DNA from: Bacteroidia bacterium
GTDB taxonomy: Bacteria; Bacteroidota; Bacteroidia; J057; JANWXU01
Direction of reading: 5' to 3'
DNA: 64,000 bases
NCBI GenBank assembly: GCA_025057395.1
Contig: JANWXU010000004.1
Location: 505 to 64,504, forward strand
Shown here: positions 28,644 to 38,964 of the stretch, piece after piece
Numbering within the stretch: position 1 is the first letter of the stretch
Layout: every line of letters begins with the position of its first letter
Notes under the pieces: model-generated
Told to the model about the DNA's origin: nothing
Databases searched by the model: none
The model's input: the letters and a program-made list of their open reading frames with translations, nothing else
Translations under genes and position numbers: made by a program

Positions 28644-29861
28644 TTAAGGAAGGGGGGCATCTGTTTTTGAATTTTGCGTTGGCGTATTTTTGAAATATCT
28701 TATTAGCTCTTTAATAAGGATTCTTAGCACTGTATACGCAGGAATGGCTGCTATCATTCCGGGTATTCCTGCTAGACGCGCTGCCATTAGAGTAACTACA
28801 AAAATTTCCAAAGGATGAGATTTTAGGGTATTAGAATATATAATAGGCTGTAAAAGAGCATTATCAATTAATTGAACAAGTAAAAGGGCTATAAAAGCTT
28901 TAGCCTGCAAAGGGAAAATAAAAGTATAAAAATCTTGATGAATGTGAGTAGACAAAATAATCAGCAAAGAAAGAATATTGGAGATAATGGGTCCTATGTA
29001 GGGAATAAGATTTAATGCGCCACACATAAAGCCAATAAGTAACGCATTTTTTACTCCAATGAGGCTAAGGAAAAGTACACTTAGAAAAGTAACACAGCTA
29101 GTTTGAATAATAAGAGCAATAAAGTACTTTTGAAGATTAAGACGTAAATCTTCTAATAATTCGCTCAAAGCCTCTTTATAAGAAGGGGGCACTACCTGAA
29201 ATAGTAAATTTTTAAGCAACTCAGGATCCTGTAAAAAGAAATAAGCCATAAAGGAAGCAGCAAAAAGAGCTGTTAAAATACTCCCAATCTTAGAAACTAC
29301 ATTAATGATACTACTTAGCAATGAACTATCAAAAATTTTACTTAAAACCTCTGCTAAGTAATTACGTAAAGCTTCTTCGATGTGAACTACAATTCCTATT
29401 TGAGCTAATTTTTCTTCCAAGTTTCCTAACGGCTTACGAATAGCCCTAAGAACATCTTCCGGCTTAATGCTGCTTAAGATTTCTACTTGCTGTACAATAA
29501 GAGGAATAAATAAAGCAATAAAAGCTAAGATAAGTATGTAAAAAACAATAAGTGTAATACCAGCACTTAAGCCACGAGGAACTCGTTTTTTATAAAGCCG
29601 AATGCGAGCAAGCGCCTCACATAAAGGACGGCCTACAATAGTTACTATTAGGCCCATAATGAAATATAAAAATATGTCCCAAAAGTAATAAACGAGGAAA
29701 GCAAACCCCCCTATAACAAAAATAACTTTAACATAGAATAAAAAATTATACCTAGAAGAGAACATCGTTTTGAAAAAGATTATAGTTTTAATATAAAGTT
29801 TTCTATATAGTTTTTCTTGTAGCATACTTAAGGGGCTCCCTAAAACTAAAATAGAAGACAA
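28644..29861 (-). CDS. AI-2E (PerM/UPF0118) family transporter
   Basis: 405-aa ORF. Multi-pass membrane protein with the family-like C-terminal GIPGMIAAIPAYTVLRILIKE. True start is probably an internal Met (for example 29765). Confidence 0.75.
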   Translation of the reverse strand: MSSILVLGSPLSMLQEKLYRKLYIKTIIFFKTMFSSRYNFLFYVKVIFVIGGFAFLVYYFWDIFLYFIMGLIVTIVGRPLCEALARIRLYKKRVPRGLSAGITLIVFYILILAFIALFIPLIVQQVEILSSIKPEDVLRAIRKPLGNLEEKLAQIGIVVHIEEALRNYLAEVLSKIFDSSLLSSIINVVSKIGSILTALFAASFMAYFFLQDPELLKNLLFQVVPPSYKEALSELLEDLRLNLQKYFIALIIQTSCVTFLSVLFLSLIGVKNALLIGFMCGALNLIPYIGPIISNILSLLIILSTHIHQDFYTFIFPLQAKAFIALLLVQLIDNALLQPIIYSNTLKSHPLEIFVVTLMAARLAGIPGMIAAIPAYTVLRILIKELIRYFKNTPTQNSKTDAPLP

Positions 29862-29978
29862 AGAAAGTCTTTATTCCTCTCATTATCCTCCAAAATATAT
29901 CCAGATTCTTAATTAAATTTGTTTCACGGTACTGGCTGTGGCCTAGCTTGTAGTTCTAAAGAAGCAAACTCAATAATT

Positions 29979-30548
29979 ATGTTTAACTTTGCTGAAACTA
30001 TTAAAAAAAAATTTCCTTACAACGAAAAATTGGGCTTTTATGTAAAACCTCATCTACCTGCTAAATTACTAGGCAAAGTTTTAAATAATTACACGAAAAT
30101 CAGTTCCCCAGCTGATGTGGTTGCTCTTTACTACTATACTACAGTTTTTAGTAGCAATAATATTGTGTTAACAGGAACTCACCTATTTGCACCTAAAAAT
30201 TCGTTTCTATTAGAAGATATTAGAAGTGCTAGAGCTAATAAAAATACTCTAGAGTTGATGATTAATCAAAGTGGAAATACAGTTAGTTGCCAGCTTAGTA
30301 CTCAAAATGAGGATGCTGCACAAATACTAGCCAAATTCTTTGAAGACCTAGTGTATACCCCTAGAACAGAATCTCTTTTAGCAACTGTTAATTCCTATGA
30401 ACAGTATCCAGAAGCCGAAAGAAATTGGCTTTTGCTACGAGATGAAATTATGAAAACTATTGATATGCTTTATGAAAAGTTTAACGAGGGAAAAATTACA
30501 TTATTAGAATTTGAAGAGAAGAAACAGGAACTTCTCTCTAGACTCTAA
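29979..30548 (+). CDS. Hypothetical protein with a C-terminal SHOCT-like motif
   Basis: ATG at 29979 (MFNFAETIKKKFP) is preferred over the upstream TTG. C-terminus GKITLLEFEEKKQELLSRL matches the SHOCT short C-terminal domain pattern. The N-terminal domain is unassigned. Confidence 0.5.
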   Translation: MFNFAETIKKKFPYNEKLGFYVKPHLPAKLLGKVLNNYTKISSPADVVALYYYTTVFSSNNIVLTGTHLFAPKNSFLLEDIRSARANKNTLELMINQSGNTVSCQLSTQNEDAAQILAKFFEDLVYTPRTESLLATVNSYEQYPEAERNWLLLRDEIMKTIDMLYEKFNEGKITLLEFEEKKQELLSRL

Positions 30549-30564
30549 ACAATAAAAATTAGGA

Positions 30565-31353
30565 ATGATTGATACTCACGCTCATTTATACCTCCACGAA
30601 TTTGATAATGACCGAGCAGCTATGATAGAGAGGGCACGTCAAAAGCTCAAAGCAATTATTTTACCTAATATTGATTTAGAAACTTTAGAACAAGTAGAAA
30701 ATCTTGCTCGAGAATACCCAGGCTTTTTATGGCCTACAATTGGATTACATCCCTGCTCGGTAAAAGAAAATTTTAGGCAAGAGCTTCAAAAGATGGAAAA
30801 AAGGCTGGTGGAGCATTCTAAGAGATATGTGGCTATTGGCGAAGCAGGTTTAGATTTATACTGGGATAAAACTAATCTGCAGTGGCAGATAGAAGCCCTA
30901 GAACAACAAATTGATTGGGCAATTGCTTACCAGCTGCCCATTATTTTACATACACGCGAAGCTTTTTCACTGACTTATCAAATAGTTCAACAAAAGTCAC
31001 ATCCTCGCCTAAAAGGTATTTTCCATTGTTTTAATGGAACTGCCCAGGAGGCAGAAAAAATTTTTGAACTTCAATTCTGGGTTGGAATAGGAGGTACCCT
31101 TACTTATCCTAAAAATATTATTCTACGAGAGGCTATCAAAGCTATACCCTTAGAAGCAATTGTATTAGAAACAGATGCTCCCTATTTAGCACCAGTGCCC
31201 TACCGTGGTAAAAGAAATGAAAGTAGTTACATAGAAAAGGTGGCCCTAGAAATTGCTAAACTAAAGAATATGGAAGTAGAAAAAGTTATAGAGGTCACAA
31301 GCTTGAATGCTCAAAAGCTATTTGGAGTTCCTTTAAGTTTTTTTGCAAATTAA
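30565..31353 (+). CDS. TatD-family metal-dependent hydrolase/DNase
   Basis: 262 aa. MIDTHAHLY, GEAGLDLYW, ILHTREA, FHCFNG, LETDAPYL. Confidence 0.9.
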   Translation: MIDTHAHLYLHEFDNDRAAMIERARQKLKAIILPNIDLETLEQVENLAREYPGFLWPTIGLHPCSVKENFRQELQKMEKRLVEHSKRYVAIGEAGLDLYWDKTNLQWQIEALEQQIDWAIAYQLPIILHTREAFSLTYQIVQQKSHPRLKGIFHCFNGTAQEAEKIFELQFWVGIGGTLTYPKNIILREAIKAIPLEAIVLETDAPYLAPVPYRGKRNESSYIEKVALEIAKLKNMEVEKVIEVTSLNAQKLFGVPLSFFAN

Positions 31354-31356
31354 AAT

Positions 31357-33465
31357 TTAAGCAAAACTTATTGGATAGCTGAACTTACAGGTAGTACCCT
31401 TACCTACTTGACTTTGAATTCTAAAGTCTCCTTTTTTAAAATGTAATATTCTTTGAACAATATTTAGTCCTAAGCCTACTCCCAAAAAATTATTTGTATT
31501 TTTACCTCGGTAAAATGGTTCAGCAATAAAAGGCAAGTCTTCTTCCAAAATGCCAATGCCATTATCTTCAATCGAGAATTTTAGGTAATTATTTTCAATA
31601 GTAGTAGTAATAGTAATCTTAGGGTTAGGTAGGGAATACAAAAGCGCATTCATCAAAATTTTATGAAGAATAATAGAAAGAAGTTTTTCCTCTACTTCTA
31701 AAGGCTGGTTAAGAGTGTGGTCTATATGTTCAATTTGGGCCTGTGCAAGTTCAGGACGCATCATCTGAAATTTTCGAATTAAACTATCCAGGTAATCACC
31801 TAGGCGAATTGTTTTGGGAGTAGTAAGTTGAAAATCAGAATCAGTTTGTCCTATCAGCACAATATCTTCTATAAGTTCATTAATATAATTAGCAGACTGA
31901 AGAATTACTTTGAGATATTGCTCCTTTTTTTCTTCGCTTTTTTCTTTTCTGAGTAGAAGCTCTGTATAAAGCAGAATATTACTTAAGGGAGTTTTAAAAC
32001 TATGGCTAATTAGAGTTAAAAAATTTGATTTTAATAAATTTAATTCAAGTTCATTTTGGAGTAACTGTTGTAGGCGTAGCTCATTTTCTTTTTTTTCTGT
32101 AATATCAATAGCTATTACTACACAACCAATAATTTGTGCTTTTTCATTGCGTAGGGGATTGGCCCCTGCTTTGAAGAAACGACCGTTTATTGAAAATTCA
32201 AACTCTGCATGTTGACCTAATAATGCATTCTTATGCGCCCTCAAGATAGTAGGATAATCTAGCTGGTTAGCAAAAAGATTTTCTATAGTCATATTGGGCT
32301 CAACAACCCAATTAGAGGGTAAAGCTTTTCCTTGCAGAGAAAGAATTTCTAAGTGTATATTAGTACTCCAAACGATTCCTGGTACTTGTTCTAAAAGTAG
32401 TTGTATTTTATAGCTAGATTCTGCATTGAGCTGTTGGAAAATAAGGCGTTTTTGTTTTTCTATAGCTAGATTATCTACAATATCTTCTAGCTCTTTCAAC
32501 CAATGATGATTATCACTAGAAATTATACTCCAATGATGGATAATGTGATGTAACTTTTGCGAAAGATCCCGACAATGATTGATAATACTAAAATATAACA
32601 ATAAATGCAAGTCAGTATCCTTTTGTAACAAGTTTAGATTTTTGAGATTTTCTATATAAATATTGATTTGAAAATTTTCTTTGTTACTTAGAAAAGGTGA
32701 AACAAAAACATTTTCCAAACCTGGGAAAAAAGAAAAATAACAGCCATATTCACCATCCTGAGCAGTTAATGCTAGTTTTTTTTTCGTTGCTTCTAAAATT
32801 GAAAAAAAAATATATTCCGGCTTATTTTGTATAATTGAGGTAGTATCAATACAATATTGGTTTTCCTGAGTAATAGTAAAATATTGAACTAGGCTATTTT
32901 GTACCCTTACTTGGGCAGTAATTTTAGAACAAGGAATAACTAAAATGATTTCTGAAAGAAAAGCTTGAACAAAAGGTATTAGTTCAAATTCTAATAAATT
33001 AGAAATCTCAGGAGTCTTTGTAGCTTGGAAATGCAAAAGGTGTAAAGTTTTTTTGCGTGTAAAAAAAACATTTAATCCGTTTTGAAGAATTTCTAAGAGC
33101 TCTTTTTTATTCCAGGGTTTCTCGATATATGCAAATAAATTGGCTTTATTTAGCGCATTTCCTACCTGCGAGGCAGTAGCTTGTCCTGTTAGTAAGATTT
33201 TAATAGCCAGGGGGTATTGCTCATGAATACGTATCAATAGTTCATCTCCTTTCATGCCAGGCATCAATTGGTCTGCTATAATTATAGCAGGTTCCATATT
33301 GGAATGAGCGTTTTCATCAATAATTTCTAGTGCTTCGTCGGCACTACTTGCAATTTCAGTATTCAAAGTAGAAAAGTTTTCCCCCAAAAGATTACGGAGC
33401 GTTGCAAGAACAGTATATTCGTCATCTACGCAAAGCAAGTAGTAATTGCGGTAGGCATTTTGCAT
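31357..33465 (-). CDS. Receiver-first hybrid sensor: REC, unassigned region of about 200 aa, PAS, HisKA, HATPase_c
   Basis: 702 aa. REC: LLCVDDE...IIIADQLMPGMKG...ILLTGQA...EKPW. PAS region ends in IAIDITEKKENE. H-box LISHSFKTPL. ATPase G-boxes DNGIGI and GVGLGLNIV. Confidence 0.85.
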   Translation of the reverse strand: MQNAYRNYYLLCVDDEYTVLATLRNLLGENFSTLNTEIASSADEALEIIDENAHSNMEPAIIIADQLMPGMKGDELLIRIHEQYPLAIKILLTGQATASQVGNALNKANLFAYIEKPWNKKELLEILQNGLNVFFTRKKTLHLLHFQATKTPEISNLLEFELIPFVQAFLSEIILVIPCSKITAQVRVQNSLVQYFTITQENQYCIDTTSIIQNKPEYIFFSILEATKKKLALTAQDGEYGCYFSFFPGLENVFVSPFLSNKENFQINIYIENLKNLNLLQKDTDLHLLLYFSIINHCRDLSQKLHHIIHHWSIISSDNHHWLKELEDIVDNLAIEKQKRLIFQQLNAESSYKIQLLLEQVPGIVWSTNIHLEILSLQGKALPSNWVVEPNMTIENLFANQLDYPTILRAHKNALLGQHAEFEFSINGRFFKAGANPLRNEKAQIIGCVVIAIDITEKKENELRLQQLLQNELELNLLKSNFLTLISHSFKTPLSNILLYTELLLRKEKSEEKKEQYLKVILQSANYINELIEDIVLIGQTDSDFQLTTPKTIRLGDYLDSLIRKFQMMRPELAQAQIEHIDHTLNQPLEVEEKLLSIILHKILMNALLYSLPNPKITITTTIENNYLKFSIEDNGIGILEEDLPFIAEPFYRGKNTNNFLGVGLGLNIVQRILHFKKGDFRIQSQVGKGTTCKFSYPISFA

Positions 33466-33511
33466 AAATCTACATAACGCTAGAGGTTAAATAAACGTAT
33501 TAGGATAGAAA

Positions 33512-34486
33512 TTAGTTTTCACGATGAATAGTAAAGTTTACCAGCTTAATTAAAGTTTCTTTGGCTACCGAGTGTTTAAAAGGTGCAATTAGCTCCATAG
33601 CCTGGGCAACAAATTCGTTCATTTTTTTCTCAGCATAATTAATGCCACCCTGATTTTTAACATATTCAATTAGCCATTTTACCTTTTGGGAATCTTGGTT
33701 GTGGTTTTTAACAACATTAATAATTAAACGGCGCTCACTTAAGGAAGATTTACCAAGGGCATAAATCAAAGGAAGAGTCATCTTTTTCTCTTTGATATCA
33801 ATGCCTATAGGCTTGCCCGAGTTTACACCTGAATAGTCTAGTAAATCGTCTTTAATTTGAAAAGCAATGCCTACTTTTTCGCCAAATAGACGCATTCTTT
33901 CTATTAGCTCTGTATCTTGAGTAACACTAGCTGCTCCGCAAGCACAACAGGAGGCAATAAGAGAGGCTGTTTTTTGACGAATTATATCAAAATAAACAGG
34001 TTCTTCAATGTTCATGGTACGAGCTTTTTGGAGTTGCAAAAGCTCCCCCTCGCTCATTTGGCGCACAGCTTCAGAAACAATTTTAAGAAGGTCAAAGTCG
34101 TTAGCATCCAATGCCATAAGCAGACCCCGAGAGAGTAAGTAGTCTCCTATTAAGACAGCAATTTTATTTTTCCAAAGTGCATTAATTGAAAAAAAACCTC
34201 TTCTTTTATCGGCATCATCTACTACATCGTCATGTACTAAAGTTGCAGTATGTAAAAGTTCAATAAGAGCTGCTGCTCGATAAGTAGCTGGTTGAATAGG
34301 GCCGCATACCCCTGCACTGAGAAAAACAAACATAGGACGAATACGCTTGCCTTTCGTTTTGAGTAAATAAAGCATAATTTTATCGAGCAAGGCCACCTTG
34401 CTGCGAAGGGCACTTTGAAAATGCTTTTCGAAATACTCTAATTCTTTAGCTATAGGAGCCTGCAATTCTGCCAATGAAATTGTCAT
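33512..34486 (-). CDS. Long-chain polyprenyl diphosphate synthase (IspB-like)
   Basis: 324 aa. First and second aspartate-rich motifs LVHDDVVDDADKRRG and FQIKDDLLD. Confidence 0.9.
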   Translation of the reverse strand: MTISLAELQAPIAKELEYFEKHFQSALRSKVALLDKIMLYLLKTKGKRIRPMFVFLSAGVCGPIQPATYRAAALIELLHTATLVHDDVVDDADKRRGFFSINALWKNKIAVLIGDYLLSRGLLMALDANDFDLLKIVSEAVRQMSEGELLQLQKARTMNIEEPVYFDIIRQKTASLIASCCACGAASVTQDTELIERMRLFGEKVGIAFQIKDDLLDYSGVNSGKPIGIDIKEKKMTLPLIYALGKSSLSERRLIINVVKNHNQDSQKVKWLIEYVKNQGGINYAEKKMNEFVAQAMELIAPFKHSVAKETLIKLVNFTIHREN

Positions 34487-34504
34487 CCGTTTTTAGGTAG
34501 TTAA

Positions 34505-35611
34505 CTACTTATTTTGAGTAATCCAATACAAGAGAATTCCTACTGCAAGGAGCAACAAGATTGTAAAAAAGATTTTCCAGAAAGATAAAGGTTTTTCGCC
34601 GCTAATAGTTCCTGTTTGCCCATTAATTACTACTTGGTAAACTTTACCATTATACTGATAAGCAGCTATCCAAACAGGTAGCAGAAGATGCTTAAATGTA
34701 ATATCATATTTATGAGTATTAATTTGCAAATTTCTGTAAGTATCACCCGGTACCATGCTAGCACATTCTTGGTAGATAAAATCATCCATAATTTTTTCTG
34801 CCATCCTAAAACCAGCTTTTACATCATAAGTATATACTTCGGCTTTCCAACCTAATAAATACTCGGGCTTATAATTAACTACTTTAGAAAGGTCAAAAGG
34901 ATAAATTTGTTGAATACGCTGCTGCGTAATGCCTTGCGAGGCTATTACCAAAACATCATCGAACCAATGCTGATAAAAGCCGCTCACGGGTTCCCATCGA
35001 ATTCTTTGCTCCTGCCTTTCTTGAACATTTCCTTCTGAGTCAGTATACTGCACTGTTACATAGTAATAATATCCAGCTTCTGCCGTCCAAAAAGAATCGG
35101 TATGAGCATCATATGTCCAAAAAGGAATATAGACTCCCTCTACCTTAGAAAGGTGTGCTAATTTTTTTAAATCGTTAGGTTGAAACCAACCACTTCCTAA
35201 CCAAACCTTAAAGATTTCTAATGCTTTATTCTTTTCTATGCTAAAAGGAAGTACGCCAAAGGGCTTAATAATTTTAGTATCAAAGGCTTCTTGATTAACA
35301 TTTTCAGAACCGCAAAAACTACAACGCAAAACTACCTCCTGAATATTTACAATGGTTTTGGCGCCACAAGTTTTACAATGAAAGGTTTTACTTTCTAAAC
35401 CTAACCCTGTATCCTGCCCTGCAAAACTAATTGCTTCCGTAAAACTTTTTTCTACAACTCTATCATTAGAATTAGGAATAATTTGCTCATAACCACAGTA
35501 TTGGCAAGCAAGCTTTTCTTTAGCCGCACTAAAGGTTAGCTGTGCACCGCAACCCTTACAAGGAATACTAACAATTTGCTTTAACTGTTCTTTTTCTTCT
35601 CCATTAACCAT
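34505..35611 (-). CDS. Double zinc-ribbon protein with a C-terminal membrane anchor, function unknown
   Basis: 368 aa. CKGCGAQL...CQYCGYE and CKTCGAK...CSFCGSE, then a conserved-looking aromatic-rich domain and the terminal TM FWKIFFTILLLLAVGILLYWI. Confidence 0.6.
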   Translation of the reverse strand: MVNGEEKEQLKQIVSIPCKGCGAQLTFSAAKEKLACQYCGYEQIIPNSNDRVVEKSFTEAISFAGQDTGLGLESKTFHCKTCGAKTIVNIQEVVLRCSFCGSENVNQEAFDTKIIKPFGVLPFSIEKNKALEIFKVWLGSGWFQPNDLKKLAHLSKVEGVYIPFWTYDAHTDSFWTAEAGYYYYVTVQYTDSEGNVQERQEQRIRWEPVSGFYQHWFDDVLVIASQGITQQRIQQIYPFDLSKVVNYKPEYLLGWKAEVYTYDVKAGFRMAEKIMDDFIYQECASMVPGDTYRNLQINTHKYDITFKHLLLPVWIAAYQYNGKVYQVVINGQTGTISGEKPLSFWKIFFTILLLLAVGILLYWITQNK

Positions 35612-35625
35612 AAGAAAGTTAAAAG

Positions 35626-36588
35626 TTAATCGTTAGATTCTGGATTCCAATCTGCAGCTGGTTTTAACGGGATAGCAATTTCATATTTTTTACCAGGGGT
35701 GACCGGTAAGGAGCTCTTTTTTAACCAAGGATTCATAAGTTTTAGTTCTTTATAAGTAGTACCATTTTCAAAAGCAAATTGAATAAGGTCAGGTACGGTT
35801 TTAGTTACCGTTATCGTTTTACAAGGTATGGGTTGGTATAATTGCTTTTCTTGAATTCGATAGCCATAAGTTTTAGGATAATTCAAGATTAATTTTAGAG
35901 CAAGAATTCGATATACGTAGCGTGCAGTTTCTGAATTGAGCCACAAATCATAATAATTAAGTTCTCTTTGCTGAGATAAAGAATTAGCATACCCCGCCAT
36001 GCCCATATTGTAAGAAGCTGCTACATGAGTCCAATTATTAAATCGCTTATAGGCAGTTTTAAGGTACTTACAAGCCGCATAGGTCGCTTTAATAGGATGG
36101 TCTCTTTCGTCTACAAACTGATTTACTTCTAAGCCTAATTCTTTTGCTGTAGCTTCCATAATTTGCCAAAATCCTTGCGCCCCCATGGGAGAGGTAACAT
36201 TTCGAATACCACTTTCTGCTACCATGAGATAGAAAAAATCTTCAGGAATGCCTTCGTTTCTTAAAATTTGCATCATTTCTTCTTTATAGCGAGGTGCTCT
36301 TTTTAAGATAAGAGCTGTGGCTGGAATAGAATAAACTGCCAGGGTTAGCTCATTCTCTAAACTTTCTCGAACAAAGGGGTCCTGCAATGGTATGTTTTCA
36401 CCTGCAAAATCAAGTTTGGGGGGTATAGGTGGTGCCCGAAAAACTATCTCGCCTTCCTTACTTTCCCTGTTTTGCAAAGTAAAAAAAGACACATCTCCCC
36501 CCTTAAAAAAATAAGGATCTACAGCTATAAAGGTGGCGCATAAACAGAAAGCAGACCCTGAAAGAAAATAAAGAGCAGCTTTTTTCAT
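35626..36588 (-). CDS. Lytic transglycosylase (SLT domain, MltD-like) with a LysM-like C-terminus
   Basis: 320 aa. Signal peptide, MVAESGIRNVTSPMGAQGFWQIM (catalytic E-S plus GxxGxWQ), AASYNMG. C-terminal TYKELKLMNPWLKK...PGKKYEIAIP. Confidence 0.8.
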   Translation of the reverse strand: MKKAALYFLSGSAFCLCATFIAVDPYFFKGGDVSFFTLQNRESKEGEIVFRAPPIPPKLDFAGENIPLQDPFVRESLENELTLAVYSIPATALILKRAPRYKEEMMQILRNEGIPEDFFYLMVAESGIRNVTSPMGAQGFWQIMEATAKELGLEVNQFVDERDHPIKATYAACKYLKTAYKRFNNWTHVAASYNMGMAGYANSLSQQRELNYYDLWLNSETARYVYRILALKLILNYPKTYGYRIQEKQLYQPIPCKTITVTKTVPDLIQFAFENGTTYKELKLMNPWLKKSSLPVTPGKKYEIAIPLKPAADWNPESND

Positions 36589-36594
36589 CCTTTT

Positions 36595-38757
36595 TTAAAT
36601 CAAACCATATCTTTTACGTAAAATCCATTCAATAGATAATAAAATTAATAAAATAATTAATGGATAAATTATTCGATGAATAGCTTGGGTAGTAATTCTG
36701 TACTCTAATAAGGGTTTTAGTTTAGCGTCTGCAGCAATTATGTTTGCTAAAGAAGCAAAATTGCGTGCTAAAATAAATTTTCCGCCTGTTCTCAAAGCCA
36801 ATTGTTTCATCAATTGAACATCGGCTTTGAGCTGAATATATTCAATAGGGGAGCTTCCTACTGAAAATTCACCCGCGTCTGTTCCTAGGTTCTGTCCTTG
36901 TTTACTACCCTCTGCCAAAAAAGAATAACTACCTGGTTCTAAGTTACTTAGCTCTAATTGATAATTTCCGGAAGGATTTTCTTGCAAATAATAATCTATT
37001 ACTTTGCCATCACTTTGAGTAAGTTTAAGCTTAATTTCGGCTCCCTTAAGGGGATTATTAGCTTCATCATATACCTGACCTTTAATAATTACTCTTTCCG
37101 TACCTAAGTAAGCGCCTTTAGTAGGAAATACTCGAAAGCGGCGAGTATCACTTTTAGTATGTAGCCACTGTATGAGATTATATATCCACTCATCAAAAAC
37201 ATCAAAACTTTCCGTTTCTAAAAAAGCATGCATACGCCATTTCCAAATTCCCTCTCCAATAATCATTATATTTTTCATTCCACCGTTATCTTGCAAGGTA
37301 AAAACAGGGTAATTAAGCGCTATTCCTTTAATTTTAGCGGTTCCAAAAACTTGGGTATTAGCTTTAGTTTTCCATTCAGAATCATTTCTTATTAAAGGAG
37401 GGGCTGTTTCTAACCAATTAATAAAAACCTTTTCGTCCTCAAACTTATAAGAAGCATGATTTTTGTAGGCAGGACTAATATTTAGTTGTGCATCCGAAAA
37501 AGTATTAGATATTCTTTCGGGAAAAGCCCCCATAAAATCTTTTTGCTCAGGATGGATATTAAACTTGGTCAAAGCTCCAATTAAATGAATAATAGGAGTT
37601 TTTTTACTTTTACAGATAGCATAAATTTGTTCTAGTATAGGTCTATCATTGCTGCTCGAGGGGAAGTTATGAAAAATAAATAGATCAAACTCATTAAGAT
37701 TAGTAGGGGGTTCGTAAAATTCAGACTCATTTTTTCGAATAAATTCTTTTAGCGCATACCTATCGTCCCTTCTTAAGCATTTATACAAAGCTCCTAAATC
37801 GGGATGGGGAGCACCTGCTAGTAGTGCAATTTTAAGCCTAGTGTCTAAAACCTTAATAAAGAAAACTTGCTGATTATTTTGATAACTAATTTCGTTTTCA
37901 ATTCGGTTAATTACTACAGAAAATGTTTGTAGACCTGCTTTTTCGAGTTGTACCTCAAAATTTACCTTAGCAATATTAGAAGCTTTACTTACCACTACAT
38001 TTTGCTTTTGAAGAAGTTTGCCATCTTTCAAAAGTTGTACTTCTACGTTTTCTTGTTCAATACCCAAACCTCGTATACTTACCTGAATAGGCGTAATCGT
38101 ATTCTTATAAGTAAGTTCATTAAAGTTAATACTTTCAATCAATAAATCTCTGGGCTCGGTGGTATCTCCTATTAAAACGGTGTAAATAGGTACTGAACTA
38201 TTTTCAATTGCATATAAAGGATTAATGCCGCCTGTGGAAATACCATCAGAAATCAATACAATAGCCCCTAGGTTTTGATTGGTGTAATTATCAAAGGTTG
38301 TCTTTAGTACTTCTCCAAGTTGAGTGCCTGAAAAATTGTAAGAAACTGAGTCGATAGAGAGCATTTTCTCGGGCTTATTGCCAAATACATAACTATGAAT
38401 ATTTACATTTGGGTTATTCCAATTGTTAACAAAATTTTTAAAAAGAAGTGGAAATTCTTTTTTTACAAAGTTAGAATCTTTATGTGCTAACATGCTCTGA
38501 GTACCATCTTGCAAAATGGTAAGAATAGCGGGAGTTTTTTCAACTTGATTAAGGGTAACAAGTGGTTCCAGGAAAAGCAACGAGAGAAGAAATAAAGAAA
38601 AAAAACGTAATCCTCGCAGCAACCATTCAATAATTTTGGGTATTTCAATGTGAATTTTGAAGTACATCCAAGAGGTAAGCGCAGCAGCCACTAATAAACA
38701 AACTAGAATTAGCCAAGGGGAGTAGCTAAAATCAAGATGTAACATTATAAGTTTCAA
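36595..38757 (-). CDS. Large membrane protein with an N-terminal double-TM segment, a vWA/GATase-like middle and a C-terminal TM (BatA-like architecture); function unknown
   Basis: 720 aa. N-terminal PWLILVCLLVAAALTSWMY plus a second TM; AIVLISDGISTGG; C-terminal TM YPLIILLILLSIEWIL. Confidence 0.55.
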   Translation of the reverse strand: MKLIMLHLDFSYSPWLILVCLLVAAALTSWMYFKIHIEIPKIIEWLLRGLRFFSLFLLSLLFLEPLVTLNQVEKTPAILTILQDGTQSMLAHKDSNFVKKEFPLLFKNFVNNWNNPNVNIHSYVFGNKPEKMLSIDSVSYNFSGTQLGEVLKTTFDNYTNQNLGAIVLISDGISTGGINPLYAIENSSVPIYTVLIGDTTEPRDLLIESINFNELTYKNTITPIQVSIRGLGIEQENVEVQLLKDGKLLQKQNVVVSKASNIAKVNFEVQLEKAGLQTFSVVINRIENEISYQNNQQVFFIKVLDTRLKIALLAGAPHPDLGALYKCLRRDDRYALKEFIRKNESEFYEPPTNLNEFDLFIFHNFPSSSNDRPILEQIYAICKSKKTPIIHLIGALTKFNIHPEQKDFMGAFPERISNTFSDAQLNISPAYKNHASYKFEDEKVFINWLETAPPLIRNDSEWKTKANTQVFGTAKIKGIALNYPVFTLQDNGGMKNIMIIGEGIWKWRMHAFLETESFDVFDEWIYNLIQWLHTKSDTRRFRVFPTKGAYLGTERVIIKGQVYDEANNPLKGAEIKLKLTQSDGKVIDYYLQENPSGNYQLELSNLEPGSYSFLAEGSKQGQNLGTDAGEFSVGSSPIEYIQLKADVQLMKQLALRTGGKFILARNFASLANIIAADAKLKPLLEYRITTQAIHRIIYPLIILLILLSIEWILRKRYGLI

Positions 38758-38964
38758 TTAATTGAAAAAAGATTATTGAGTTACCTACCACATTCAAAGT
38801 AGGAGGCAAAAAAATAAATACTACAAGCCCTATATGGGGTATGCAAAAATATCAAATTTTATAATAGTAAAATACCTCGCATTAGCCCACCAACAAAAGC
38901 TTAAGTAAGGAGGTACTACTTAATAATAACTTAATAATATTTATGTTTAATTACTGCTTTTAGA

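Noticed and set aside
38758-38964. 207-bp intergenic region scanned for a small RNA or terminator (weak hairpin CCTAC-N10-GTAGG)
   Set aside because: The stem is only 5 bp, there is no U-tract on the relevant strand and no conserved-looking structure. This is not enough to call a feature.
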